DNA of 63,109 nt, counting the filler, from Octopus bimaculoides (Eukaryota), in assembly GCF_001194135.2 (NCBI RefSeq). It is 6 parts of 6 records of this genome, joined end to end, with 100 filler letters (N's around TTAATTAATTAA, not from the genome) between each part and the next. Parts side by side here need not be neighbours in the genome. Positions count along the whole stretch, not along the records: positions 1 to 27,605 come from NC_068991.1; positions 27,706 to 38,106 come from NC_069000.1; positions 38,207 to 50,789 come from NC_069004.1; 3 more parts are not named here. The stretch is one strand, 5' to 3'. Below the pieces are notes generated by a model. It was not told where the DNA came from and searched no databases. It saw nothing but the letters and a program-made list of their open reading frames with translations. Both the position numbers and the translations under genes were made by a program. Below, piece by piece: positions 27,318 through 38,752 of the stretch (within the stretch, counting starts at the first letter, position 1; each line of letters starts with the position of its first letter).

Positions 27318-27605
27318 GTGGAGACGCAATGGCTGAGTGGTTAGGGCAGCAGACTTGCGGTCATAGGATCGCGGTTTCGATTCCCAGACCGGGCGTTGTG
27401 AGTGTTTATTGAGCGAAAGCACCTAAAAAGCACCACGAGGCTCCGGCAGGGGATGGTGGCGAACCCTGCTGTACTCTTTCACCACAACTTTATCTCACTC
27501 TTACTTCCTGTTTCTGTTGTGCCTGTAATGTAATTCAAAGGGTCAGCCTTGTCACGCTGTGTCACGCTGAATATCCCCGAGAACTACGTTAAGGGTACAC
27601 GTGTC
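27318..27605 (+). mobile_element. SINE family B running into a scaffold linker
   Basis: gtggagacgcaatggctgagtggttagggcagcagacttgcggtcataggatcgcggtttcgattccc..., highly similar to the 10968-11349 copy. Confidence 0.9.
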
Positions 27606-27649
27606 NNNNNNNNNNNNNNNNNNNNNNNNNNNNNNNNNNNNNNNNNNNN

Positions 27650-27661
27650 TTAATTAATTAA
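27650..27661. other. artificial assembly linker TTAATTAATTAA within a 44N+12+44N spacer
   Basis: The identical 100-bp design occurs at five sites. Confidence 0.95.
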
Positions 27662-27705
27662 NNNNNNNNNNNNNNNNNNNNNNNNNNNNNNNNNNNNNNN
27701 NNNNN

Positions 27706-27740
<35 letters not shown>

Positions 27741-28234
27741 GGATGAGAGAGGTGGATGAAAGAGTAATGATTTGCTTTTTTTTTCATTTATTTTCTCTTT
27801 ATTTCCGTCATTATTTTTGTTTCTTTTATTTGCAGTGATATTTGAAGACAGATAAAACATGTAAATAAGCGAGAAAAGAAAACGAAGATCACCTTGTTTG
27901 AAAGAGAGTGTTGAAGTTAAAAAGAGAAGCTGAAACAAGGTAGACAAGAGATATAATGGTAACATCAACAGACACAGATACAATCGAAATTCAATAGGTT
28001 AGGGGTTGAAAAACAACAACAACAACAACAAACCTGACATTACAGTACAACAATAGATGCTGATAAATATTTCACAACTCCTAGTTTTCGATAATTGGAG
28101 AGAAAAAAAAGAAGGAAAAGGAAAACAAAGCAAAACAAAATGGAGTGAAACAAGTTGGCTGCTACTTCGTAGTGTTTTTTGTTCGTCATGGTGGTGATGA
28201 TGATGATTTCAACAGCTAAATGTATGTTTGTGTG

Positions 28235-28520
28235 GGCATTATTCAATGTCTGTTTTCCATGCTGGCATGGGTCGGACAGTATAACAGGAGCTGGCAAGCC
28301 AAAGGCCTGCACTGGGCTCTAATTGTCTGTTTTGGCATGGCTCCTGGGGGCTTTTGTGTGGCACCAACACAGGTGATTTTTGGTAACATGGTAGGCATTA
28401 GGAAGGGCGTGGCAAAACTGGAGAAACTATGCCAAAGCTGAGACTGGAACCTTGGTGCTGCCCTGTGGCTTGCCAGATCCTGTCAAACCATCTGAGCCAG
28501 CTGGGAAAATAACCACCAAG
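28235..28520. mobile_element. two opposed fragments of V-domain-like SINE family D
   Basis: tgtctgttttccatgctggcatggg (tail, minus strand) and ggcattaggaagggcgtggcaaaac..gatcctgtcaaaccatc (plus strand). Confidence 0.65.
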
Positions 28521-28550
28521 TGACAATGCTTATATACATACATACATACA

Positions 28551-28600
<50 letters not shown>

Positions 28601-28604
28601 ATTT

Positions 28605-28860
28605 GAGAATGGATTAGTGCTAATGATGTGATTGCAGAATACCAAAAGCATGGGAATCTGCTGGGCCAGACATGTTGCAAGGTTTACAGACAACAGGTGG
28701 GCCCATGCAGTTACCGAGTGGCATTCAAGCGATAGGAAAAGACCCTCTGGAAGGCTTCCATAATGATGGAAAGACAATTTAGTTAATTTCGGTCGAGGTG
28801 GAAAAAGAATGGAACAATCAAGACAGAACTGGAAGTGCATTGTGATCAGCAGCTGATGGT
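28605..28860 (+). mobile_element. RTE-clade LINE C-terminal relic
   Basis: CWARHVARFTDNRWAHAVTEWHSSDRKRPSGRLP**WKD matches the RTE WAGHVAR..DNRW..VTEW.P...KR..GRP..RW.D motif. Confidence 0.85.
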
Positions 28861-28920
28861 ATTGTCAATACTGCAATACCATGAGAAATACACACACGTT
28901 ATCATCAACATCATCACTGT

Positions 28921-29006
28921 CATCCTCATCCTCCTCACTCATCCTCATCCTCCTCACTCATCCTCATCCTCCTCACTCATCCTCATCCTCCTCACTCATC
29001 CTCATT
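28921..29006. repeat. 19-bp minisatellite (ctcactcatcctcatcctc) x~4
   Basis: Visible tandem units. Confidence 0.85.
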
Positions 29007-29539
29007 ATCTTTGTTGTCATTTCTCTTAAATCTCAATTCTACAGCACCCCCCCACCACCGAGGTTTAAACAGGTCTTTGATTGACATTATATGTCGTTAT
29101 GTATGTGGAACTGGAAAAAAATGTCTGTGTATAATTAACTGCTAAGATCTTGATGTCAATGCCATTAGACATATCAATTAATACCTAATTAATTTAAATC
29201 ATTTAAATTTCATCTGTTATACTTAATCAGATGCTTGTACTGTAGATATGGTAAACTCTCTAGAAAGCTGTGTTTGAAATGGAGATGGGTTTTTTTTTCA
29301 CTTCTAATTATGCCAGTTGTTTTATTTGAAGACAGACTTTATGGAGTCACTTGGCCGACTAGAAATAAATCTGGCAAAGAAAGGAAGAATGCAAAACTCA
29401 TTGACAGGGCTTGAACCACTGATCTCCTGCTTGCCAGTCAACCATATTACACCATATAACACTTATTCTCCTCTGCTCAAAGTTAGATGCTATAAATCGT
29501 ATTTTCCTAGTATTTGATGGTCAACTACCACATGAAGAC

Positions 29540-29985
29540 AATGGTGTTTTAAGATAATTGCTAAGTGGTATTTCGTCTGTCTTTTTATGTTCTGGGTTCA
29601 AATTCCGCTGAGGTCATCTTTGACTTTCATCCTTTAGGAGTTCATAAGATAAGTGTCAGTTGAGCAATGGGGGTCATTGTAATCAACTTCCCCCTCCCCT
29701 CAAAAACTACTGGCCCTGTGCTAAAATTCAAGACCGTTATTATTATTATTATTATTAATCACAAGTGCACTCTGTATCTATCAGAGAGAAAGAATGCAGT
29801 GACCATTAGCAGAACCATTAGCACAGTGGACAAAATGCTTCGTGACATTTTATCCATCTCTATGTTCTGGGTTCAAATTCCGCTGAGGTTGACATTTCAG
29901 GGTCGATAAAATAAGAACCAGTTCATTCCAGAGGGGCAATGTAATCCCCTAACACCCCTCTCCCACAAATTTCAGGCCTTGGGAA
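29540..29985 (+). mobile_element. two decayed SINE family A copies
   Basis: gggttcaaattccgctgagg B-box plus core, twice (~29540-29740, ~29800-29985). Confidence 0.75.
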
Positions 29986-30029
29986 CAGTGCATCTAGGAT
30001 CACATTATTGAATGTGCACCTAGTTTTCT

Positions 30030-30068
30030 TGAACTGGATTTGGTAGACGGAAACTGAAAGAAGCCCGT

Positions 30069-30110
<42 letters not shown>

Positions 30111-30296
30111 TGTGTCTGTGTTTGTCCCCCCACTATTGCTTGACAACCGATGTTGGTATGTTTACATCCCTGTAACTTAGTGGTTCAGCCAAAGTGACCG
30201 ATAGAATAAGTACTAAGCTTACAAAGAATAAGTCCTGGGGGGCGATTTGTTCGACTTAAGGCATGGTCGCAGTCAAATGACTGAAACAAATAAAAT

Positions 30297-30343
<47 letters not shown>

Positions 30344-30500
30344 GAATGTGTATGTGTGTGTGTGTTTGTTTGTCCCCCACCACCACTAGACAACTGCTGT
30401 TGGTGTGTTTACACTCCCATAACATAGCAGTTCAACAACAGAGACCGATAGAATAAAAGTAGTAGGGTTAAAAAAAAAAGAAAAAGGACAGGGGTTGATT
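30030..30500 (+). mobile_element. SINE family C 3' part with internal (TA)n, followed by a second partial tail
   Basis: ggatttggtagacggaaactgaaagaagcccg-(TA)n-tgtttgtgtctgtgtttgtccccc..gaccgatagaataagtac. Confidence 0.85.
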
Positions 30501-30996
30501 CATTTGACTAAAATTAGTCCTGAACCGGAAACCCTGTGGTTGGGCCGTAAACTTGTTACCGCACAGCCACCCGTGTGCTTGTATGTTCAAGTGTTGAGGA
30601 ACACAATTCTGTTTGTACGGACAATGCTCCAGGTAAGCTTTGCTTCAGTATTTTTTCCTACCTATTATTTGCTGGAACTGTTTGGTACTTCCACCTGTGC
30701 ACCATCCTAACCTACACCAGAAAAGTTTTATCTCAGCAAAGGTATAATTTAAAATTCCTTTCCTAAAAATACGTACGTATACTTTAAACATAGAGGAATG
30801 TTGAAATCTATAATTATCAAATAAAAATAACTCCGACTTGAGTAGATAGGAAAATAAAAGGAAAGAAAAAGTAATTTAAAGATATGCAAAAAAAGAAAGA
30901 AAAGAAGGAAACATTGCCACAAAAAGATATTTGAAAAATAATAAGTTTTTTTTAATGGGTGGGTTGGAGAATCTAATTTGCTCTAAACTAAAGAAG

Positions 30997-31033
<37 letters not shown>

Positions 31034-31274
31034 GGTAGCAAGTTGGCAGAATTGTTAGTATGCCATACAAAATGCTTAACAGCATTTCTTTCAGCTGAAT
31101 ATTAACAATAATCCATTGTTTACTGACGAGAAGGGCCTCATATATATAAAACATTTCTGAAACGGAAGGCAACCACTTTGGTGTAGGAACCACCACTCAT
31201 AGAGACTCAGGAACACTCTAGGCAGGTCCTGACTGCAATCTCCGAGCAGAATCAAAGGGCAAAGATTATTTGCT

Positions 31275-31650
31275 AACATAACATGGCAGTCCTGGTTTAG
31301 GACGAATGCTGCTGTAATTTAGCCCCAGAATTAAAGGGCTAGCCCTCTCACATATACCAACTTTAGTGCTTGCACCCAGCTTTTGTCACAAAGTGCAAGG
31401 GGGCTGCCCCCACTCAGGTGATGGGAGGATCATAGTCTTGAGAGCTGCATGACCTCCTCACTGGTGTTGGCACCCTGAAAAAAGTACCCAGTGCATATTG
31501 TAAAGTGACTGGTGTCAGGAAGGGCGTCTAGCTATAGAAACAATGCCAAAGCAGACATTGGCATATGATGCAGTCTTCAGACCCATCAGATCCTGTCAAG
31601 TCGACCAATCCATGACAGCATGGAAGAATGGATGCTAAAAGATGATAATG
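31275..31650 (+). mobile_element. decayed V-domain-like SINE family D
   Basis: aaaagtacccagtgcatattgtaaagtgactggtgtcaggaagggcgtctagc..gatcctgtcaag..ccatgacagcatggaa..gatgataatgat. Confidence 0.7.
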
Positions 31651-31929
31651 ATAGTGGCAATGATTAGGACTAATTACCCAACCATGTGAGCCCACTTTCT
31701 AACCCACAGTGGGATAACATAGAAAGATGGGCTTACAACCGGCAACGATGTGCTGAGGCTGCATTGACCAGTGGACTTAGTATGGTTGGAGAATACAATT
31801 GATAACAACAAGAGATTCATTTTGGTGTAAGAAAAGGCTACAAAAGGAGAAAGCAGGACGTATTCTTTTGAGACAGAAAAAAGAAGGAAATAAGAAAGAC
31901 TTAATAAATGAAAGAAGATGAAAACGTTG

Positions 31930-32320
31930 GCAAAGCTGTGTGGTTAGGAAGCTTGCTGTCTAGCCCCATGGTTTCAGGTTTAGTCCCATGTCATGGCACC
32001 TTGGGCAAATTTCTTCTATAACCCTAGGCTAACCATTGTTTTGTGAGTGAATTTGGTAGATGGAAACTGTGTGGAAGCTCATTGTGTGTGTGTGTGTGTG
32101 TACATGTATGGAGAGCTTGTCTGTGTGTCCCCACACCATCTGACAACCAGTGTTATTGTTTTCTGTCTTATTACAGTTGGTAACTTAACAGTTTCACAAC
32201 AGAGACTGACAAAATAAATTCCAGACTTAAAAAGAATAAGAACAAAGACCAGTTTGTTCGACTAAATCCTTGCAGGTGGTGCCCCAGCATGGCCGTAGCC
32301 CAATGATTGAAGCAAATAAA
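31930..32320 (+). mobile_element. decayed SINE family C
   Basis: gctgtgtggttaggaagcttgc..ggcaccttgggcaa..gaatttggtagatggaaactg..(TG)n..gccccagcatggccgtagc. Confidence 0.8.
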
Positions 32321-32553
32321 ATACAAGAAGAATACTTAGACTCATTGCAAGATCACAAGAAGACCTCTGTTGCTTTATCTTTGTTAAGTGATAAACAGAA
32401 TTAACTACAACAGTGAAGAAGTTCTATTTACCAATGGAGATTGGAAGTTTTATGAACAGGTTGCACACAACATAACTGAAGAGATTTTGTGCTTCAGACT
32501 ACAAAAGTTACTTCTTTCACACAGACATATTCAGATATGTCATTATTCTTTAA

Positions 32554-32774
32554 CCCTTTCGTTACCAACCTGGCTGAAACCGGTTCTGGCTCTGAGTACA
32601 AATGCCTTGTTTTCATAAATTTTGAATTAAAATCTTCCACCAAACCTTACTCACAATATACATTCCTAACATTAGCTTAATGATAACTAAGTTGTTTTAC
32701 TAAATTCTTTGTTATATTTAAAATTAATTGAAAGAAACACAGAGCATCTCAACAGAAATATGGTAACAAAAGGG
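32554..32774. mobile_element. piggyBac-type MITE with TTAA target duplication
   Basis: TTAA|ccctttcgttacca ... tggtaacaaaaggg|TTAA, with TTAA at 32550-32553 and 32775-32778. Confidence 0.9.
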
Positions 32775-33384
32775 TTAAAGACAGTCAGTCAAATGTGTCT
32801 TCAATTTACACAAGATTTGGCTGCTATTTCTAACAAGTCAAACAACTATGTGAAACAAAGTCTGCAAATTAACCCTTTTGACACCAACCTGGCTGAGAGT
32901 CGACCTTGGTGGAATTTAAACCCAGAATGTAGCGACGGGCGAAATACTACTAAGCATTTCGCCCAGCATGCTAACGATTCTGCCAGCTCACCACCATGAT
33001 AATAATAATAATAATAATAATGTTGGACTAAATGGGCAGTAATAGCACAAACAAATGAAACAGCAGAACCAGTGTTTGTGTGTTGAACAAAGATATTTAT
33101 CTTAGGCTATCTAGCTTTAATTACAATAATTATCTTTTGATTAAATTGCCTCGACATAGGCATATTCCAGAAACTAGCAATACTACAATCTATAAGCATT
33201 GTTGGGACATTCTCACACAGGACATTTGTTAACTTTGAATATTTTCGTAAAACCTCGACATTCTTGTTCACCTTGAATGTCCTTGTTAAACCTGAATAGA
33301 TTTTCCAGTGAACACGAACACGTTTGTTAAACATGAACGCCCTGATTAACCTGTGACACTTCAAAGCACGTACTCCAAGATATC

Positions 33385-33778
33385 TTTTATCTTGTTTCAG
33401 TCATTAGACTGGAGCCATGCTGGAGCACCACTCTGAAGAATTTTAGCTGAATGAATCAACTCCAGGACTTCCTTCTTTACTCATATGGATTGACCCCAGG
33501 ACGTAGTTGTTTTAGCCTGGTACTTATTCTATTGGTCTCTTTTGCCGAACTGCCAAGTTATGGGGACGTAAACACATCAACACTGGTTGTCAAGCTGTGG
33601 TGGTAGGGACAAACATAAACACAAAGACACACACATACATACATACATACATACACACACACACAACGGGCTTCATTCAGTTTCCATCTACCAAATCCAC
33701 TCACAGGGTACTATGCAGTGTGACTGAACCCAGAACCAAATGGTTGGGAATCAAGCTTCTTACCACACAGCCATGCTA
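33385..33778 (-). mobile_element. SINE family C
   Basis: Tail tttcagtcattagactggagccatgctggagcacc, internal (CATA)n/(CA)n, and head aaccaaatggttgggaatcaagcttcttaccacacagcc. Confidence 0.85.
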
Positions 33779-35304
33779 AATTATTCTTAGAATAGCATTG
33801 TAGGGCAAGTGTGAGAGGCGAGATCCAGTTTGCCTGAATATAAAACAGATGGAATATTTGAGCTGGATATGGCTGGTTTAAATGCCAAAGGGTGAAATGC
33901 CAGGCCCCGCCTCACCCCACACACTGAATTCTGTACAAGAGTTGATGGCACAAAGTGCTTGTTGGAATGATTAAAAATTAAAAAATTTTTTTTTTTTAAT
34001 AAATTTACATGATGCTGGAAACTGAATTTACATGAAATGTTAATTATTTCAATTTACATTTCTTGTTAATGAAATCAAATTAAATTAAATTAAATTACAG
34101 GCATTGATTACTTTGGATGTAATTGCAGAGATGGGTTTGAAGCAAACTGGGCTAACGACAAAAGTGCATCAGGGAATTAATTACTTTGCTATAACGAACA
34201 GCAATAAATATTGCAATATTGAGAGTTATCTTCTATCTTTTACTTGTTTCAATCATTGGACTGTGACCAAGCTGGAGCACCACCTTGAAGGGCTTTAAGT
34301 GGAACAAACTGACTAATGGTTTTTTTTTTTAAAGACCCATATTTAATCTGTTTTGTTGAACTGCTAAGTTGCAGGAACATAAACAAACCAACACTAACAA
34401 AATATATGTATTGTATATAATGCACTTTATTGTGTCTTGTTATGCATGTGATCCCCGTCTGCTGTTGTAAAGAATACATCTTAAACCTTTTGGTATATTA
34501 AACGTTTAACCTGTGTAAATTTTGCCACAAAAACCAATTTTAGCAATTATGTAAAACCTCTTTAATGGTTACAGTTCACTGGTTTGCAGTAAAAATGGAG
34601 GCATCCGACCGTAGCAACAAACTAATACTAACAACAACAACAAAACATTCTAATTTGTGAATGAAAATGGATGCAAAAGAGATAATAATAATGAAAATGG
34701 TTTTAATTAAAGAATGTTAAATTAATTAAAGAATATTAAATTGTTTTTAACAAATAATTCAGCAGATAGACGGTGATGGAAGTGATGGTCTTTATGTTAC
34801 CTAAAAAGTTTAATTAATAATTTAGAAAATGTGTGTGTGTGTGTGTGTGAGTGAGTGACAAAGAGAGAGAGAGAGAGAGAGAGACAAACAGACAGACAGA
34901 GTGAGTAAGAGGTAGCTGTTTAGCATTTGCCACACAACTAAAAATGATTAATTATATTATCAAATATATATATATTTAGACTCACTCCCAAATCATTTTG
35001 AGTGATTGACCTCAAGAGTCACAAGTGTGACCCAGTTGGGCCTCATTCAACTCTGCTGCACTTCAAGCCTTTCATGTTATTTTTATTGATGGATTTACTT
35101 TTATGACAATCAGAAGAAAGAGGTGAAAGCCCTTTACCTTTTATCAGGGCCTCATAGACAGGGCGAGATTGAAGGGGTTGATGCCCAGTTTGAATATTTG
35201 CAGGGAAAAGTATGAGAGAGGAAGAAAGCTGGTTTGCAGTAAAAATGGAGGCATCCAACCGTAGCAACAAACTAATACTAACAACAACAACAACAAATGC
35301 AGGT

Positions 35305-35605
35305 GCCATTTAAAAGTACCCAGTCCACACTGTAAAGTGGTTGGCATTTGGAAGGGCATCCAGTTGTAAAAACCATGGCAAAAACTAACTTTGCCTGTGT
35401 GAGTGCCACGTAAAAACCACTCAGCCCAACACTCTATGGAGTGGTTGGTGTTAGGAAGGGCATCCAGCCATAGAAACCATGGCAAAACAGACACAGAAGC
35501 ATGGTGCAGGCTCCTGTCTGGCCAGCTCCTGTCTGGCCAGCTCCTGTCAAACCGTCCAACCCATGTCAGCATGGAAGGAGGATGTTAAACAATGATGATG
35601 ATGAT
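35305..35605 (+). mobile_element. V-domain-like SINE family D with a duplicated V block
   Basis: Two ggttgg..ggaagggcatccag..aaaccatggcaaaa blocks, then the tail ccaacccatgtcagcatggaaggaggatgttaaacaatgatgatg. Confidence 0.8.
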
Positions 35606-35791
35606 GATATATATGTATATATACACACATTTTATACAAACATTTATATATATAGATATACACACACGCATTCTTATACATACATACATATGTATAACTA
35701 CACCAAAAATGAGACAGTTTTGAAGATGTGGTCCTCCAACTCTTTGAATTCTGTTGAACCATCCTATTTACACCGGCATGGAAAATAGAAA

Positions 35792-35829
<38 letters not shown>

Positions 35830-36155
35830 CATATACACACTAATCTAGTTATATATAGGCATAATTAATTCATATACCCCATGGTGAGTTATAACATTAC
35901 AAACACTAACGAAAACGGTAATGGAAACAGTTGAAAACACATTACTGAGTGAGAGATTGGCAACAGCAAAATAAATAAATAAGTAAATATATAAGAAAAA
36001 AGGATAAAGGAAAAAAAAAAAAAGAACCAGGCAAAATAAGTAGCAGCAGCAGCAGCGAGTGCTTCTCAAAGTAATAAGACCTGAACTACAAACATTACAT
36101 TGAATTTTACATTCTACATATGCCCTCCACCCGCGACACACCACAACATTCTCAC

Positions 36156-36229
36156 CGAACTGACTAGCTTCTGGATTCCAGTGGAAAAAATGGAATGTAA
36201 AAGAAGTGCAGCAGTCATAACAAGTGATT
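36156..36229 (-). other. candidate 74-nt internal exon
   Basis: Acceptor ctctctctttgccgtttcgcAG|aatc and donor ttcg|GTGAGA. Open in two frames (ITCYDCCTSFTFHFFHWNPEASQF or SLVMTAALLLHSIFSTGIQKLVSS). Confidence 0.4.
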
Positions 36230-36704
36230 CTGCGAAACGGCAAAGAGAGAGAGAGAAGATTTGAAAAGTCTCATCACGTTAGTAATCACTGAATGCAACT
36301 GGCATCCTCCTGATAGTGGGGGGCGGTGGGGGGTAAGCGTTGGGGTTTGCTTTTTAATAGGTGTACTTCTTCCTCAGCTCTCTAAATTAAGTCAGAATCA
36401 GCCACGAAATGGAGATAGGATTTCTCAGAGTGTCTGTTTATATATGTATGTATGTATGTGCAGACACCCACACATCATGTGTGTGTGAGTGTACCCTGGT
36501 CTTTAGAATAGGTACACTGTTTGCACTGTGTTCCTGTATGTTGCATAAGGTAAACCAAAAGTGATTGGCATCAGGAAGAGAATGTGGCTGTAAAAACAAA
36601 AAAGACTTCCTTGGAAAGCCCATTTCAAACCAATACCAATATGAAAGAGAAGATATAGATCAATGATGATGATGATTAATAACACACACACACTGATATA
36701 TATC

Positions 36705-37370
36705 ATCATCGATTAACGTCTGTTTTCCATGCTGGCATGGGTTGGATGGTTTGACAGGAGTTAGCAAGGTTAGGAGCAGCACCAGGTTTCACTGGCTGTG
36801 TTGGCATGGTTGCTGTGGCTGGACGTCCTTCCTAACGCCAACCACTCTACAGGGTGTACTGGGTGCTTCTTATGTGGCACCAGCACCAGTGCCTTTTTAC
36901 ATGGTAAGACATATTTCATGTAGGTGTGTATAGAAGCACAAGCATCGCTGTGTGGGTAAAAGCTTGCTTTCCAACCATGTGTCTTCAGGTTCAGTCCTAC
37001 TGCATGGTCCCGTGAGCAACTGTGTCCATCTTTCATGATGGCATGGATTGGATGGTTTGACAGGAACTGGCAAGTCAGAGAACTGCGTGTATGTATGTGG
37101 GCATGCACCTCTGTCTGGCATCACATGTTGGATGTCCCATCATTTCCAGTCATCCATGAAAAACTTGTTTGGTCAAGGGGAATATTACCACCAAGGGACA
37201 CGCTCAACTGGCTAAGATCAAACAACTGACAAGCAAATCTATGGCATTGAGTAGAATATTTGCTGTAGGCCATCTTTTATACCAAAACAAAACAATGAAC
37301 ATGGTAACACTTCCAATCAGTTAAGACCAGAAACCATGAGAGCCCCTGCCTGGAACACTGCATCAGGGCA
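36705..37370. mobile_element. cluster of SINE family D (minus) and family C head (plus) fragments
   Basis: catcatcgattaacgtctgttttccatgctggcatggg..ccttcctaacgccaaccactc; gtgtgggtaaaagcttgctttccaaccatg. Confidence 0.7.
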
Positions 37371-37879
37371 TACAATGGCAGCATCGTTAGCAAGGTGAGC
37401 AAAATGTTTAGTGGTATTTCGCTCTCACTTTAGATTCTGAGTTCAAATTCTGCTGTTGTCAACTTAGCCTTTTCTCCTTTTGAGGGTCGATAAAACAAGT
37501 ACTAGTTGAGCACTGGGATCAGTCTAATTGATTTACCTGCTCCCATGAAATGGCTGGCCTTGTGCCAAAATTTGATCCCATTATTATATCAAATTTATTG
37601 TTTGTTATACACATACACACACACACACACAAACAAATGTATACATAAACATGCTACAACTGCCAATAATCATTTGCTCCAGATGTTGATCTATGATAGC
37701 AAACATCAAAGATAATTAACTCTGCAATGTCTAAATTATCAATATGCAAAATAAATATAATAAATAAATAAATAAATACAAAAAAGTTGGTATTTTGCAG
37801 CTTATCAGAGTGTAAAAGAATGTGCTTGATTAAAAAAACAACAACAACAAAAAAACTTAAATTTTCAATATATATATCA

Positions 37880-38106
37880 TCATCATCATCATCGTTTAAC
37901 GTCCGCTTTCCATGCTAGCATGGGTTGGACGATTTGACTGAGGACTGGTGAAACCGGATGGCAACACCAGGCTCCAGTCTGATTTGGCAGAGTTTCTACA
38001 GCTGGATGCCCTTCCTAACGCCAACCACTCAGAGAGTGTAGTGGGTGCTTTTACGTGTCACCCGCACGAAAACGGCCACGCTCGAAATGGTGTCTTTTAT
38101 GTGCCA
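37880..38106 (-). mobile_element. young V-domain-like SINE family D copy
   Basis: catcatcgtttaacgtccgctttccatgctagcatgggttggacg..gctggatgcccttcctaacgccaaccactc. On its sense strand tggcgttaggaagggcatccagc resembles the V-SINE domain. Confidence 0.85.
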
Positions 38107-38150
38107 NNNNNNNNNNNNNNNNNNNNNNNNNNNNNNNNNNNNNNNNNNNN

Positions 38151-38162
38151 TTAATTAATTAA
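38151..38162. other. artificial assembly linker TTAATTAATTAA
   Basis: 44 N on each side. Confidence 0.95.
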
Positions 38163-38384
38163 NNNNNNNNNNNNNNNNNNNNNNNNNNNNNNNNNNNNNN
38201 NNNNNNTATATATATACGACAGGCTTCTTTCAGTTTCCGCCTACCAAATCCACTCACAAGGCTTTGGTCGGCCCGAGACTATAGTAGAAGACACTTGCCC
38301 AAGGTGCCATGCAGTGGGAATGAACCCAGAATCATGTGGTTGGTAAGGGTTAGAGTTAGGGTTATTTTCAGATATTCTGTTATG

Positions 38385-38617
38385 TGCTATATAGTTGATG
38401 TTGTGTGCCCCTTTGATCCACGAATAGTCAAGAAGGAAGACGAAAAAATAGATAAATACAACCCTTGGGCTATTTCGTACTTAGGTACGAAATAGCTCGA
38501 CTATGGAAAATGAAGAAGGTGAAGATAGTGCCAATTATTGTTGAGTCTTTGGGAACGGTATCAGAAGACATCAAGAATATAAAGGAAATTGGAATCGAGT
38601 GCCAACAATACCTTTGA
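38385..38617 (+). mobile_element. R4/Dong-like restriction-like endonuclease C-terminal fragment
   Basis: CYIVDVVCPFDPRIVKKEDEKIDKY, then after a frameshift RYEIARLWKMKKVKIVPIIVESLGTV. This matches RLE motifs (D..CP.D..KE.EK..KY..L..E...LW..PIVIGALG). Confidence 0.9.
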
Positions 38618-38627
38618 TAAAAAGAAA

Positions 38628-38752
<125 letters not shown>

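Noticed and set aside
31123-31166. CTGACGA...GAAAC hammerhead-like pattern
   Set aside because: No U16.1/NUH triplet after GAAAC (it reads cgg), and stem II can only form by consuming A9.
33107-33364. 85-aa minus-strand ORF in unique sequence
   Set aside because: No recognisable motif, a weak acceptor adjoining a SINE tail, and a length within chance expectation.
35845-36243. 132-aa Cys-rich minus-strand ORF
   Set aside because: The Cys/Phe runs come from (GCT)n and poly-T. Only the 74-nt part bounded by splice signals was kept as a candidate exon.
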